From NCBI GenBank assembly GCA_946408025.1, contig CAMJQJ010000001.1, forward strand, positions 2,109-66,108: 64,000 bases of DNA, given 5' to 3'. How positions within the stretch are numbered: position 1 is the first letter of the stretch; every line of letters starts with the position of its first letter. The notes beneath the pieces were generated by a model. The model worked only from the letters and a program-made list of their open reading frames with translations, searched no databases and was not told the origin of the DNA. Source of the DNA: an uncultured Faecalitalea sp. (GTDB lineage: Bacteria; Bacillota_I; Bacilli_A; Erysipelotrichales; Erysipelotrichaceae). Position numbers and translations under genes: made by a program. Positions 28,452-38,569 of this stretch are shown in pieces.

Positions 28452-31400
28452 TCAAGAAGTTACTGCTGTTTGAACATAAGATATTAATTTATTGTATGTT
28501 TCATCATCAAATGAATCTCCACTATATACCTTTAAACACATTGCCTTTATATCCGATAAAATATCTTCACTTACTTTTGTTTCCATATCTTTTATCATCT
28601 CATCAATTCGTCTTTTTATCTCAGTTAGATTATCAGAAAGATATTGCCTATCCTCTTTATCAACAAGAAATTCACAATTTTTAGAATACATCCATAACTC
28701 CTCACCCAAATCAACCAAACAACTAAGTTTGGCATTTGTATGTTGTTTATCTTGAAGTGTATACTCACCATCAAAGCATTTTAGCAATTGATGTGTAACC
28801 TCAAAAGGATATGGAGAAGAGAAATAATCCATTTCTTCTTCTTTCCTTAAATTTATGACATTGTCTAAGTATTTAAATAGCCTTTTAGGAAACTTGATTG
28901 CATTTGGAAGAACCTTTCCCTCATCATCTGCAACCAATAAAAGCAAATAATCAAACGAAGATTCTGCAAACGGAATAACGGTATATAGGAAAGTATTCAT
29001 CATTGCCTCATTTGCAAGATCAAATTTTTTTAGCAATATTGGATAGCACAAAAATGTATTATCATAATATGAACTTATAGGTAAAATAGCGTCGTACAAT
29101 ACGATCAATTCTTCCATAGTATTATTCATATTTTCTAATTCAGCTTTTTTTATCGATGAAAACCAATTTTTGGTTTGATATTTATTATAATTGTCATTAG
29201 GAACATGAGATAAATAGTATTCACAACACATATAAGTTTCAAGGATAGAATTTTCCTCATGAGCACATAGTTCAATATGTTTATTTTGAAGCTCACTATC
29301 TAATCTAATATAATTAAAGAATCTCTGAACATTATGCAATTCCACTAACGCCTCCTTTAAATTATAAATTATCAATCGTTTAGCACTTTCCTCTTTTTGG
29401 ATAAAACTAGTAAATTGATTAGCAAAATTTTGGATATCACTAAAATACTTTTGTTTTGCCTTATTGAACAATATAGGTAGTTCAGAGGGTTTTTCAAAAG
29501 GACGATGTTCTCTAGGATATGACAAATGTGCAATCATCATGTTATTGTAGCGATTATGCAAGTGATCAAAAGATTTACCAGCGTCACCAAATCTCTTTTT
29601 ACCCAATATTTTATGTAAAATTGCAGAACTCACGAACATCAAATCACATGCGCATTTACGAACATCTAACCAATAATCAATCCATGCATATACTGTATCA
29701 AATTCATAATTACTTTCTATTGTTCTTAACCATAGTTCATTAAACTCTTGATGAAATGTTATCACTATATTATTTCGAGGCATTTCTTTATGTGCATCAT
29801 TGGGAATTTGGTAGGTCCTCAATAAATCGATTTCTGGCTTTATTGCATCTGAACAATACTTTTCAAATATAGGTAGTGTACGACATATATCTGTTAATCT
29901 GCTAACACTTTCACTATTTCCTTTTAGAATATCACTAGCTCTAAGCAAATAATCAACTTTTATTATTTTTTTATCATCGCTTAATAGAATCTTATGAGAA
30001 TTAGTTTTATGTTTGAGATAATTAATTATTTCAAAAAGATTATTCTCAACATAATCTCTATATTTAACTTCATTTCCACAGTAAGACGAATACATTAACA
30101 ATGATACTGTTTTAAGAGAATGATTTTCGACGTTATTCCACAAATCATCTAATGATATTTGTACTGATAAATTCATTGAAGGATCGATATTATAAAGCCA
30201 ATAAATAATGATTGCATATGACTCTAAATCTTTAATGTTTTTAAAATCAATTTCTTTTATTTTTGAATACAAGGATAAACTTAAACAATAGATATCAGTT
30301 TTTGAAGTTCTAAATTTTGGAATTGAATCACGTAGTTCAATCATATATTGAACATTTCCATTATCAGGCATCAATTCAGACATTTTTCTAAGCATGTCCA
30401 CTTCAGGTTCATAATCTTTAATTTTTATAAAAGGACATAAGTCTAGTGCTACAAACATTAATGCACCATGTTTGTGTGCATAATCAAACACCGATCTATG
30501 AGTTTGAAAATACTGCATTACACTTCCCGAAAAGGAGCCTCGGATTGCTTTAACAAAACGTGAAAAGCATTGTTCACAAATCCACATATCAACAACATTA
30601 GTATAAAATTTTTCTTTATCAAAATTGAATTCTGGAAAATGAGAAAATAATACTGAAATATCAGAATCAGATACAATCTTTAAAATTGAAAGAGCTGTTT
30701 CATCAAGAGAAATATATTCATGCAACCGATTAATAATATGCTGTGATCGTACTGGATGCAACCCCTCAATATAGTCACCTTCTGAACTAATATGCACTAG
30801 AAACTCATCAGCTAAGCTTTTCAATAATTCAGCAATATCTATATCTGTTTTAACTATTAAATTATTGATTAGAGATTTAGTCTCAAGTTTAATACCACAT
30901 ACATCAGCAAAGCAAACTTTTCTTAAAATTTCAAGCTTGCAACCACCCGCTGATGCATTACCAATTTGTTTCATTTGAGTAGATATACGTTCAGCAATCA
31001 TCTCTCCATGTGTCAAAAGATAAACATATTCAATAAGAAGTTGACGATTCGAAATCCTTGCCCACGCGTTTTTCCAATCTGTAATACCTTCATGAAGTTT
31101 TTTCTCTTTTTTAAGCACATTATATATATCCTCTGCCTCTTTTTCACTTAAGATTGGTTTAATGATTTGCAAATGATGAAGACAACTAATGTCTCCACCA
31201 TAATTGTACCAATCATTTTCTCGAGAAGTTACAATAAATTTATAATGATATGTAACATTTGTTTGCATAAGTTGAGCTAGCAAATTCCATTCGCTTAAGT
31301 GAGCATCAAGATTATCAAGTAAAATAAGTGGTTTTTCCCCTATTCGTGTACGCATACGAAAATACTCAATAATATTTCCTAACTCTCCATCGTTATTACA

Positions 31401-32393
31401 TTTTATAATCTGATATGGTGTGTATTCTTCGGTTAATAAAGATATCACCCTTAACGCAAGCGTAGTCTTACCTTGACCACTTGATGTTTTGATAATTGTG
31501 ATTGTATTTTTGTGAATTGAATTAATGATCTCTTTTTCAATAGTTGGGCGTATCACAGGTATGTTATTTGCTATATCTGAAGGAGTGGCTTTTTTCCCTT
31601 CATAATAGTCCGAAGAATATTCATCATTTTTAGCAAACTGAAGTCTTTGAATCCAAGAATGAGCTGGATTTTGAGGCCCTTTACTTATATCAAATTTTAT
31701 TTCATCTATGAGATGAATTATTTCATTATTTGTCACTTCTGCACGATTTACCATTTTATCAAAACATAATACTTTTATACCATTGGCAAATAAAGAAATA
31801 TTATCAGTTTCAATCTTAAAATTTTTTATCAACAGATTCTCAATGCTTTTTTCTATAGATTCTTTTTTAACATTTTCGAAAGATAACCTTTGAATAAAAT
31901 CATCAAAATTAAAATCATTCCAATTCCATGAAGTAGTTTCTTTTTTTATATTATCAATTTTACTTTCCCAGAATTGCCTTGATTTTTTATCAATGTTTCC
32001 TGAAAACAACTTATTTAAATTTCCAGCTGCAACTTGAAAATCATATACTAATTTGAAATATCTATTTTTGTCAATCAAATATGCCTCAAGATAATTTTTC
32101 AACACACTATCCATAAAACTAGCATCCTGCCGTTGAGTAGAGTATTTTAACTGAATGTGTGTAATCTCTCTACAATCATCAACAGATTCTATAACATCAA
32201 TATCTTCAATTCCTTCTAGCGTAAAAACTGTATTAGTATCAGAAGATAAAATCAAATTACATGAATATAAAAACTGGTAAGAGTACCCTCTCAATGCAAT
32301 CTGTCCACCATCTCTAGATTCCTGCAGTTCTTGAATTTTGCATTTATCCATCGCGTTCCTTTCGCGTTTTTTTTGTTTCTTTTTTTTACCCAT
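28452..32393 (-). CDS. Cap4-like endonuclease fused to STAND-type P-loop NTPase and long C-terminal region (Avs/NLR-like defence candidate)
   Basis: GGQIALRGYSYQ..LEGIEDID..IQLK; SSGQGKTT Walker A, LILLDN Walker B, IVTSR. Confidence 0.75.
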   Translation of the reverse strand: MGKKKKQKKRERNAMDKCKIQELQESRDGGQIALRGYSYQFLYSCNLILSSDTNTVFTLEGIEDIDVIESVDDCREITHIQLKYSTQRQDASFMDSVLKNYLEAYLIDKNRYFKLVYDFQVAAGNLNKLFSGNIDKKSRQFWESKIDNIKKETTSWNWNDFNFDDFIQRLSFENVKKESIEKSIENLLIKNFKIETDNISLFANGIKVLCFDKMVNRAEVTNNEIIHLIDEIKFDISKGPQNPAHSWIQRLQFAKNDEYSSDYYEGKKATPSDIANNIPVIRPTIEKEIINSIHKNTITIIKTSSGQGKTTLALRVISLLTEEYTPYQIIKCNNDGELGNIIEYFRMRTRIGEKPLILLDNLDAHLSEWNLLAQLMQTNVTYHYKFIVTSRENDWYNYGGDISCLHHLQIIKPILSEKEAEDIYNVLKKEKKLHEGITDWKNAWARISNRQLLIEYVYLLTHGEMIAERISTQMKQIGNASAGGCKLEILRKVCFADVCGIKLETKSLINNLIVKTDIDIAELLKSLADEFLVHISSEGDYIEGLHPVRSQHIINRLHEYISLDETALSILKIVSDSDISVLFSHFPEFNFDKEKFYTNVVDMWICEQCFSRFVKAIRGSFSGSVMQYFQTHRSVFDYAHKHGALMFVALDLCPFIKIKDYEPEVDMLRKMSELMPDNGNVQYMIELRDSIPKFRTSKTDIYCLSLSLYSKIKEIDFKNIKDLESYAIIIYWLYNIDPSMNLSVQISLDDLWNNVENHSLKTVSLLMYSSYCGNEVKYRDYVENNLFEIINYLKHKTNSHKILLSDDKKIIKVDYLLRASDILKGNSESVSRLTDICRTLPIFEKYCSDAIKPEIDLLRTYQIPNDAHKEMPRNNIVITFHQEFNELWLRTIESNYEFDTVYAWIDYWLDVRKCACDLMFVSSAILHKILGKKRFGDAGKSFDHLHNRYNNMMIAHLSYPREHRPFEKPSELPILFNKAKQKYFSDIQNFANQFTSFIQKEESAKRLIIYNLKEALVELHNVQRFFNYIRLDSELQNKHIELCAHEENSILETYMCCEYYLSHVPNDNYNKYQTKNWFSSIKKAELENMNNTMEELIVLYDAILPISSYYDNTFLCYPILLKKFDLANEAMMNTFLYTVIPFAESSFDYLLLLVADDEGKVLPNAIKFPKRLFKYLDNVINLRKEEEMDYFSSPYPFEVTHQLLKCFDGEYTLQDKQHTNAKLSCLVDLGEELWMYSKNCEFLVDKEDRQYLSDNLTEIKRRIDEMIKDMETKVSEDILSDIKAMCLKVYSGDSFDDETYNKLISYVQTAVTS

Positions 32394-32742
32394 ATTGATA
32401 CCCTCTTTTATTCATTAAAAATTTAAAATCTTTCGAATATTTGTACTGATAATTAAATCAAAAAATATCTATTATCCACAAATCTTCAACATATAGTTAT
32501 GTATATATTATCTCATCAATAAACGCTGTCCTCAATAATAATAAGAAATTAAAAAAATTTTACCTCTAGCCTAATTATCTTTAAATTAACATTATTACAT
32601 TTTCATGAAAGAAATATTCTATTCAATAATTAATTACCATATTAAAGCTTTTCAGAATATCAACATACTATGGTTAAATCGGAACAATTATTCATGCAAC
32701 AAAACAGATTAGTTCAAATAACGAATTAAAGAACTTCTCTAA

Positions 32743-33111
32743 AATATATATTATATAGATTCGCTGAATACTGATTATTGTTATGAAAAATTCAATAGAA
32801 CATTATCTAACTCTTATTCTATAAAAGAAAATATTCAATCATTTCATGAGAAATTATTAACAAAATTGAATATAGATCTAGAAAATCAAAGATGTCTAAG
32901 AAACAATTTATTGAATAATGTTGCTCGCCCTAGCATTGAAGTAATTCATGATGATTGGAACAATGAAAAAATTGATGTAGTTTTTGTTAATAAAATATTA
33001 GAACAAATTAACAAACAAATTATCCAGCCAAAAGCATTCAACGTATTTAATCAAGAAACAAAAGTATTAATTCATGACGGAAAAGCATATTATTCAACAA
33101 AAATTCTGTAA
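32743..33111 (+). pseudogene. Probable gene fragment ending at the arm repeats
   Basis: Frame open from 32743 without a good start; ORF track gives only an 81-aa TTG-start piece. Confidence 0.3.
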
Positions 33112-33188
33112 TGGTAGCATTTTGGTAGCAATCCTCGCCTAAGCACTAAAAAAAGCCTTTATTTAAAGGCTTTTTTACATTCTATTTA

Positions 33189-33200
33189 CTATTCAAACTC
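33189..33200 (-). repeat. att core, copy of the guaA 3' end
   Basis: Minus strand GAGTTTGAATAG = E-F-E-stop. Confidence 0.85.
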
Positions 33201-33576
33201 GGCGTGTTCTTTGTTGTTTTTAACTATATTTGTTTAAGTTTTATGCAAATACACGCCCATTTTTACATCAATTACATCATTTATTATGGCTTGCTGATTT
33301 TCTGTTGCCAAAATGTTGCCACGCATTTATTATAGCAAATCCCTACAAATTAGCAATCCATTTTTTGAAATTTTGCACACGCACCAAAAGCAAAATTTTT
33401 CCTTAATCACCTTATTACATGGTGCTAGCACCATGTATGTATATATCATAAACAGTCAACTTGTCACTCCCCGCCATTTTAATTATAAAGTCTTAATAAC
33501 GCATTCTGCCACTAATTAATCAAGAACGCATTTGCTTATAAAGACGAGCTATGGAGCAGATGTAACATGATAGCTT

Positions 33577-34413
33577 CTAAAGAGTCCCTTTGATTTTTAT
33601 TCCTCTCTGCCTTGTTATTTCATACATCAGTATCGAAGCGGCGCAGCTTACATTAAATGATGTGGCGTATGAGTTCTCGGACATCGGTATCGTACAGAGC
33701 AAATCACAATACTCCTTTAGCGTTTTGTTTAATCCCATGGTTTCATTTCCCATCATCAACATAAGCGGAGAAGTCAGATTTATGGAGTAAACAGGATCTT
33801 CATTATGAGCCGTAGTTCCTATTGTAGTAAAATCAGTATATCTTTTTTTCAATTTATCAATATATTCAAATAATGCCTTGTTATCGGAAATTCTGATAAC
33901 AGGCAGTTTAAAAAACGACCCCATGGCCGAGACCACCACGTCCGTATCATATAAATCTACCGCATGACCCGTGATGATGAGCATGTCCACCCCAAGCGCA
34001 TCACAAGATCGTATCATAGTGCCAAGATTTCCCCTGTTTGAAGGGCGGTCAAATAAGACAATAAAAGGCTTCTCGGAAAGCGTGACCTGCTCAAGTTCAT
34101 CCTCCCGCATTTCGATTACCGCCATCAACTCTGAAGTGTCCTCTTTTCCACTCAATTCTTTCATAAGCTCCGGCGTCAGACAATAATTCATGTCTGTATT
34201 TACCTTATTTATCATATCCTTCGCCCAATCGGAAAGATTGTTTTTATCATAAACAAATGATTTGATTTTCCAGTTATTCCTCACTGCCTCGTTAAGGCTG
34301 CGGACACCTTCAACAAAAAATTCATGGTATCTGTAACGTTTATTTCGATTTGTTTTCAGCACCTCGAATTTTTGAAATATGTTGTTTTTAGTGAATACTT
34401 TTGCTTCCTGCAT
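33577..34413 (-). CDS. TrmH/SpoU-family rRNA 2'-O-methyltransferase, AviRb-like
   Basis: LFDRPSNRGNLGTMIRSCDALG, GNETMGL, TIPM..SFNVSCAASILMYE; N-terminal NRNKR..EFFVEGVR. Confidence 0.85.
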   Translation of the reverse strand: MQEAKVFTKNNIFQKFEVLKTNRNKRYRYHEFFVEGVRSLNEAVRNNWKIKSFVYDKNNLSDWAKDMINKVNTDMNYCLTPELMKELSGKEDTSELMAVIEMREDELEQVTLSEKPFIVLFDRPSNRGNLGTMIRSCDALGVDMLIITGHAVDLYDTDVVVSAMGSFFKLPVIRISDNKALFEYIDKLKKRYTDFTTIGTTAHNEDPVYSINLTSPLMLMMGNETMGLNKTLKEYCDLLCTIPMSENSYATSFNVSCAASILMYEITRQRGIKIKGTL

Positions 34414-34442
34414 TTTTCTTTCCCCCATTCTCCATAAATCAA

Positions 34443-34967
34443 TCATAGGATTTTTTCCATAACCCAATTATTAACCCTTAAGGCTGCCTGTATAGGCGAA
34501 ATGTCAGAAGTATCCAGTAATGTTATAGGATATGGAGCATTTTCGCTTGCCTGTTGCTTCAGCCATTTATTAAAATCCATAGAGTTTCTAATCCACTCAT
34601 CATCACTTACCCCGCGTCCTTTACGCATTCTTTCAACCAAAACAACATCATCACAGACAACGGCAAGATAATAAGTATGGGTAAACAATTCTCTTTCCGG
34701 TAAATTTTCAAGTTGTTTGGGCACTCTGCAGCCACATAGCACAACAGGTTTTCCAGCTTGTGCGATATTGCCGCATACCCTTAACCATAAACGATTATAC
34801 TCGAAATAATCATCCTCTGGTGTATTGTAGATGTCATTCCACAATAAGTCACTTTCCATTACAATATACTCTTTTTCGTTAATCAACATTTCATTACAAA
34901 GCGTTGATTTTCCAACACAGGAAGCCCCGGTGACAATGAATAATGGTTGTTTGTTAGTAAGTTTCAT
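34443..34967 (-). CDS. Small P-loop kinase-like protein
   Basis: IVTGASCVGKST Walker A, ESD, LDTS; GGAGG RBS before MKLTNK. Confidence 0.75.
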   Translation of the reverse strand: MKLTNKQPLFIVTGASCVGKSTLCNEMLINEKEYIVMESDLLWNDIYNTPEDDYFEYNRLWLRVCGNIAQAGKPVVLCGCRVPKQLENLPERELFTHTYYLAVVCDDVVLVERMRKGRGVSDDEWIRNSMDFNKWLKQQASENAPYPITLLDTSDISPIQAALRVNNWVMEKIL

Positions 34968-35108
34968 AATAGCCTCCAACAATTCCGGTCTAACATTCTT
35001 TTAATTCTCCCTTTCTGCAATTTATCATTTAACATTTTGATTATATCACCTGTTTCTTTTATTTTCCACAAAAATATAGGGCATAGCAACCGCCACGCCC
35101 CACATTTC

Positions 35109-35423
35109 TTATCGTTCCAAGGATTTCTCAATCTTCCACTTCTGCCCTTTCAAGTCATTCTGCTTCTCATACAGATTATTGCGCTCTTTGCACAGTTCTT
35201 TCATGCGTTCCAACTGCGCCCGCACTCCCTCCCGACAATCCGGCTCTATCTTTTTATATTCCCCGGTCAGATTACGGATTGTATTATTGTTTTCCTTTAT
35301 CTGCTCCGACAAACATACCCAGTCTATCAGATTTTGCACTTCCTTGTCTGTTTCATAAAGGTCTGTATCTGCCACAATTTTAGCACACAGCCGTATCATA
35401 ACTTTCTTTTCCATATCGGTCAT
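35109..35423 (-). CDS. Hypothetical coiled-coil protein
   Basis: ORF following mobV with strong RBS. Confidence 0.6.
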   Translation of the reverse strand: MTDMEKKVMIRLCAKIVADTDLYETDKEVQNLIDWVCLSEQIKENNNTIRNLTGEYKKIEPDCREGVRAQLERMKELCKERNNLYEKQNDLKGQKWKIEKSLER

Positions 35424-35442
35424 ATCTACCAATCCCCCTTTC

Positions 35443-36813
35443 CTATCGGCTCATTTCAAAGGCACGTTTTGGGCGTTTATTTGCCTTTTCTGCCTGTTCT
35501 AATACCTTAGACCGTTCCACTATCGACTGCACTTGTTCCCTGCCGAAATGACGCTCCAAACGCCCAAAATCAGACGCTTTCTCCTGCAATCGGTCTATGG
35601 TGTCGCTCTGCTCCATGACCTTATCCGTCAATCGACTAATCTGTTTCTGTTGTCCGTCCACTTTGACGGTCAGCTTCTTGCTTTGTTCTGCAAGCTGTAC
35701 GCATTTGATAGTCAGATTTTTTACCACTTCTTTCAATTTCTCCACAATCGGTAAAGCCTTTTTATCCCGGTATGCCTTTGCGCTCATCAATGCCCCCGGC
35801 TCTGCCAACTGCCATTTCACATCTTCGTCATAGGCGTGTATATTTCTCTCCATGACTTCTTTTGACTGTACCATTTTGTTAAGTTCCTGCTGTAACTTTT
35901 TCTGCTGTTTCTCCAATTTTTCATTTTCGGATAACAGCTTTTCTTTATCCCCAGTCAGCGTTTCCGTCTGCTCTTTCAACAGATGATTTGTTGCGGTAAG
36001 TTCAGATACTTCCTGTCGGATTGCTTCACCCTCTTTCCGTATCTGTTCCGTTTCCTGTCCTGCCGCTATCTGCTGATGAAGAATATCGGATAATTCCTCT
36101 TTACTGCCGAAGATTGTCTGTTCCAGTTCTGCAACCTCTTTTTGCCGTTCCTGCTTCTCAAAATCGAGTACGGACAAATGCTTGTTATGTGTGCCTAACT
36201 GTTTCCACTGTACGCCATGCCGCCCCATGACTTTTGAAAGTTCCTGCTTCTCCACTTCAATCCATTCATTCCATTCCGTCATTCCCCTTGTGCCGCCTTT
36301 AAAGCCCTGCTCTGACAGTGCGCCTTTGAGGGAAACTCTCGTATCAAGTCCACGCTTACTGTTACGGATAAAAGGAACAAAATCAATGTGAATATGCGGT
36401 GTCTGTTCGTCCATGTGCAAGTGACTTGAAAAAACATATAAGTTCGGATTTCTTTTCTGAAACTGCTCCATAAACTCACATAAAATTTCTTTCGCCAACT
36501 GTCCCTCATTGCTCTGTACGTTCATATCGTCCTTGTTGCCGATTTGGAAGATTACCTCATAAAATAATTTCTCCTGCTTTCCCCGGCGTATCTTCTCATA
36601 GTAATCGTCAATCTTTCGGTCACTCCGTTTCTGCTTTGCGTTGTAGCGTTCCAGTGCATCATCAAAAAGATTGTGGTAAACTTCTTTTATATCCGAGTGG
36701 CAAAATTCCACGTTATCCCGGCTACGTTCCTTATCTACATTTTTAGCTGTAAAGGCTCTTGTATTGTGATTGACTGAACCTTTCCCCATCATACCGCTAA
36801 TCGTTCTTTCCAA
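35443..36813 (-). CDS. MobV / plasmid recombination (Pre) relaxase
   Basis: HNTR, HLHMDEQTPHIHIDFVP HUH motif, coiled-coil C-terminus; TTG start after GGAGG. Confidence 0.88.
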   Translation of the reverse strand: MERTISGMMGKGSVNHNTRAFTAKNVDKERSRDNVEFCHSDIKEVYHNLFDDALERYNAKQKRSDRKIDDYYEKIRRGKQEKLFYEVIFQIGNKDDMNVQSNEGQLAKEILCEFMEQFQKRNPNLYVFSSHLHMDEQTPHIHIDFVPFIRNSKRGLDTRVSLKGALSEQGFKGGTRGMTEWNEWIEVEKQELSKVMGRHGVQWKQLGTHNKHLSVLDFEKQERQKEVAELEQTIFGSKEELSDILHQQIAAGQETEQIRKEGEAIRQEVSELTATNHLLKEQTETLTGDKEKLLSENEKLEKQQKKLQQELNKMVQSKEVMERNIHAYDEDVKWQLAEPGALMSAKAYRDKKALPIVEKLKEVVKNLTIKCVQLAEQSKKLTVKVDGQQKQISRLTDKVMEQSDTIDRLQEKASDFGRLERHFGREQVQSIVERSKVLEQAEKANKRPKRAFEMSR

Positions 36814-36889
36814 TAGGCATATCCTCCACATTCTATATACTGATTTTACTGCGCCGACTAAGGCGCAAAGCGAAGTTTCTTCGCTTCGG

Positions 36890-36952
36890 CTTTGTTACTT
36901 TCCCGAAAGTAACGCAAAAGCACTTTCGACAGGCTACGCTCTATCAAAAGTG
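36890..36952. other. Candidate oriT hairpins upstream of mobV
   Basis: GTTACTTT-CCCG-AAAGTAAC and CACTTT..AAAGTG inverted repeats. Confidence 0.4.
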
Positions 36953-37024
36953 CCTTTGCGCCCTGCCGGGGGCTTTCCGTCCTGCGGACGGTGGACGGCT
37001 TTTCGCCGCTTTACTGCTCCCCCA

Positions 37025-37110
37025 TGCGTCGGTTTGCGTCGATAGCGTCGATATTTTCTATACCGCCCCGCTATCAAAAATACCGTCGCAACCGACGCAT
37101 ATCGTCGCAC
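37025..37110. repeat. Iterated GCGTCG/CGTCGCA repeats at the end of the AAA gene (candidate origin)
   Basis: TGCGTCGG..TGCGTCGA..GCGTCGA then CGTCGCA, CGACGCA, CGTCGCA. Confidence 0.5.
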
Positions 37111-37111
37111 T

Positions 37112-38245
37112 TTACGATTTTTGCTCTAGCCGTTTCAGAATGATTTTTCTCTCATGCCCCCGCTTATTGTCGTAGAAAATGCCATACTCATTAAGCAACT
37201 GGCTGTTGACTACATTTAATTTCCGAGAAAGCACATTCGCCGACAACTGCATATCCGGCAACTGTTTCAGAAGTTCCGTTGCAGTCCCCTCCCACTCCTG
37301 CATCTCCTCTGTCAGAAATTCGTTGATTGCTTCAAGTAATGGATTGGGCGGCTGTTTCCACAATTCCGTTTCCGCTTTCTGAAATTTCCAAATACATTGT
37401 TCCCGGTCAAACTCTATCGTCAGTTCTTGATCGGGCTGGTCACGCCCCACAATATCCATGACCGCCGTGTTGTCCGTGCGCTTTTTCTTGTGCATGATAA
37501 ACGCCCCGTCTGCCGCACCGAGAAGCCCGTTTGTGCCGGAAATCATATCGAAGCTGTCCTCGGACTCCAACTTGCGGGTATGATGAACCACCAACAGGCA
37601 GACACCGTATTTATCGCTGAATGATTTTAACTTTGTCACAATCTCATAGTCACTGGAATAGCTGTATCTGTCCCCGCCGACCTCACGCACCTTTTGGAGC
37701 GTGTCAATGATAATCAGCCTTGCGTCCTTATGCTCTTTGATGAAGCCCTCTAACTCCCCGTCCAGTCCCTCGTTCAATGTCTTTGCCTGCGTTGCAAAAA
37801 ATAAATTGTCCGCACACTCCACGCCGAACATGACGGACAGCCGCCGCTGAAGCCTTGCATAATCATCTTCCAGTGCAAGGTATAATACCGTCCCTTTTCG
37901 GACGGGATAATTCCACAGCGGAAGCCCCATTGCCACATGGTAGGCAAGCTGTCCCATGAAGAACGATTTCCCCACTTTCGGCGCACCCACAAAGAGGTAA
38001 GTGCCGCCATACAGGAAGCCGTCCACAACAGGCGTTCTCGGCGGGTAAACCGTATCATACAGTTCTGTCATGGAAACCGTTTGAAGCCCGCCGCCCTGCC
38101 CGGATTTCTCCGGGCAATTTGTGGCTTGCAGATTGATTTGTGCTATTTCATTTGCTATAATTTCAGTGTGATTTTTTGTTTTCGGCTGTTCCCCATCTGC
38201 GCCAACAGATGATACAGGAGCAGTCGATTTCTTTTTTTCTGTCAT
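37112..38245 (-). CDS. AAA_25 / RepA-like helicase
   Basis: GAPKVGKS, YLALED, LIIIDTLQ, VVHHTRK, ISGTNGLLGAAD. Confidence 0.88.
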   Translation of the reverse strand: MTEKKKSTAPVSSVGADGEQPKTKNHTEIIANEIAQINLQATNCPEKSGQGGGLQTVSMTELYDTVYPPRTPVVDGFLYGGTYLFVGAPKVGKSFFMGQLAYHVAMGLPLWNYPVRKGTVLYLALEDDYARLQRRLSVMFGVECADNLFFATQAKTLNEGLDGELEGFIKEHKDARLIIIDTLQKVREVGGDRYSYSSDYEIVTKLKSFSDKYGVCLLVVHHTRKLESEDSFDMISGTNGLLGAADGAFIMHKKKRTDNTAVMDIVGRDQPDQELTIEFDREQCIWKFQKAETELWKQPPNPLLEAINEFLTEEMQEWEGTATELLKQLPDMQLSANVLSRKLNVVNSQLLNEYGIFYDNKRGHERKIILKRLEQKS

Positions 38246-38565
38246 TCATCTTCCCCTTTCAATCCGTCTAATGTGATTGCGATTACCTGTAACGTGTAGA
38301 GCAGTTCGTCATTATCCGAGCTTATGCTTTCCATACGTTTCAATTCCTCATGGATTGCCGTCATCTGATTTTTCAATGCTTTATACACCCTCGGATTGCC
38401 CTGCACCACAACGTCCTGGCATAAGAGCCGCCTTGTGATGTAATCCTGCTTTGTCAGTCCCGACAATGCCACCAAATCATTCAACAGCCTTGCTTCTTCA
38501 TCAGATACCCGGAACGCCACCGTATGATTGCGCCATCTTCCCTTGTAATCCAGTGATTTTTCCAT
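38242..38565 (-). CDS. Ribbon-helix-helix mobilization-type protein
   Basis: TVAFRVSDEE..ALSGLTKQDY. Confidence 0.72.
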   Translation of the reverse strand: MEKSLDYKGRWRNHTVAFRVSDEEARLLNDLVALSGLTKQDYITRRLLCQDVVVQGNPRVYKALKNQMTAIHEELKRMESISSDNDELLYTLQVIAITLDGLKGEDE

Positions 38566-38569
38566 GTTC

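Larger units (their letters stand above)
28170..33188. mobile_element. Integrase-less satellite island (CIME-like) carrying a STAND NTPase gene
   Basis: Flanked by att cores; its guaA-proximal end (33112-33200) closely matches 28084-28169; no mobility genes. Confidence 0.7.
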
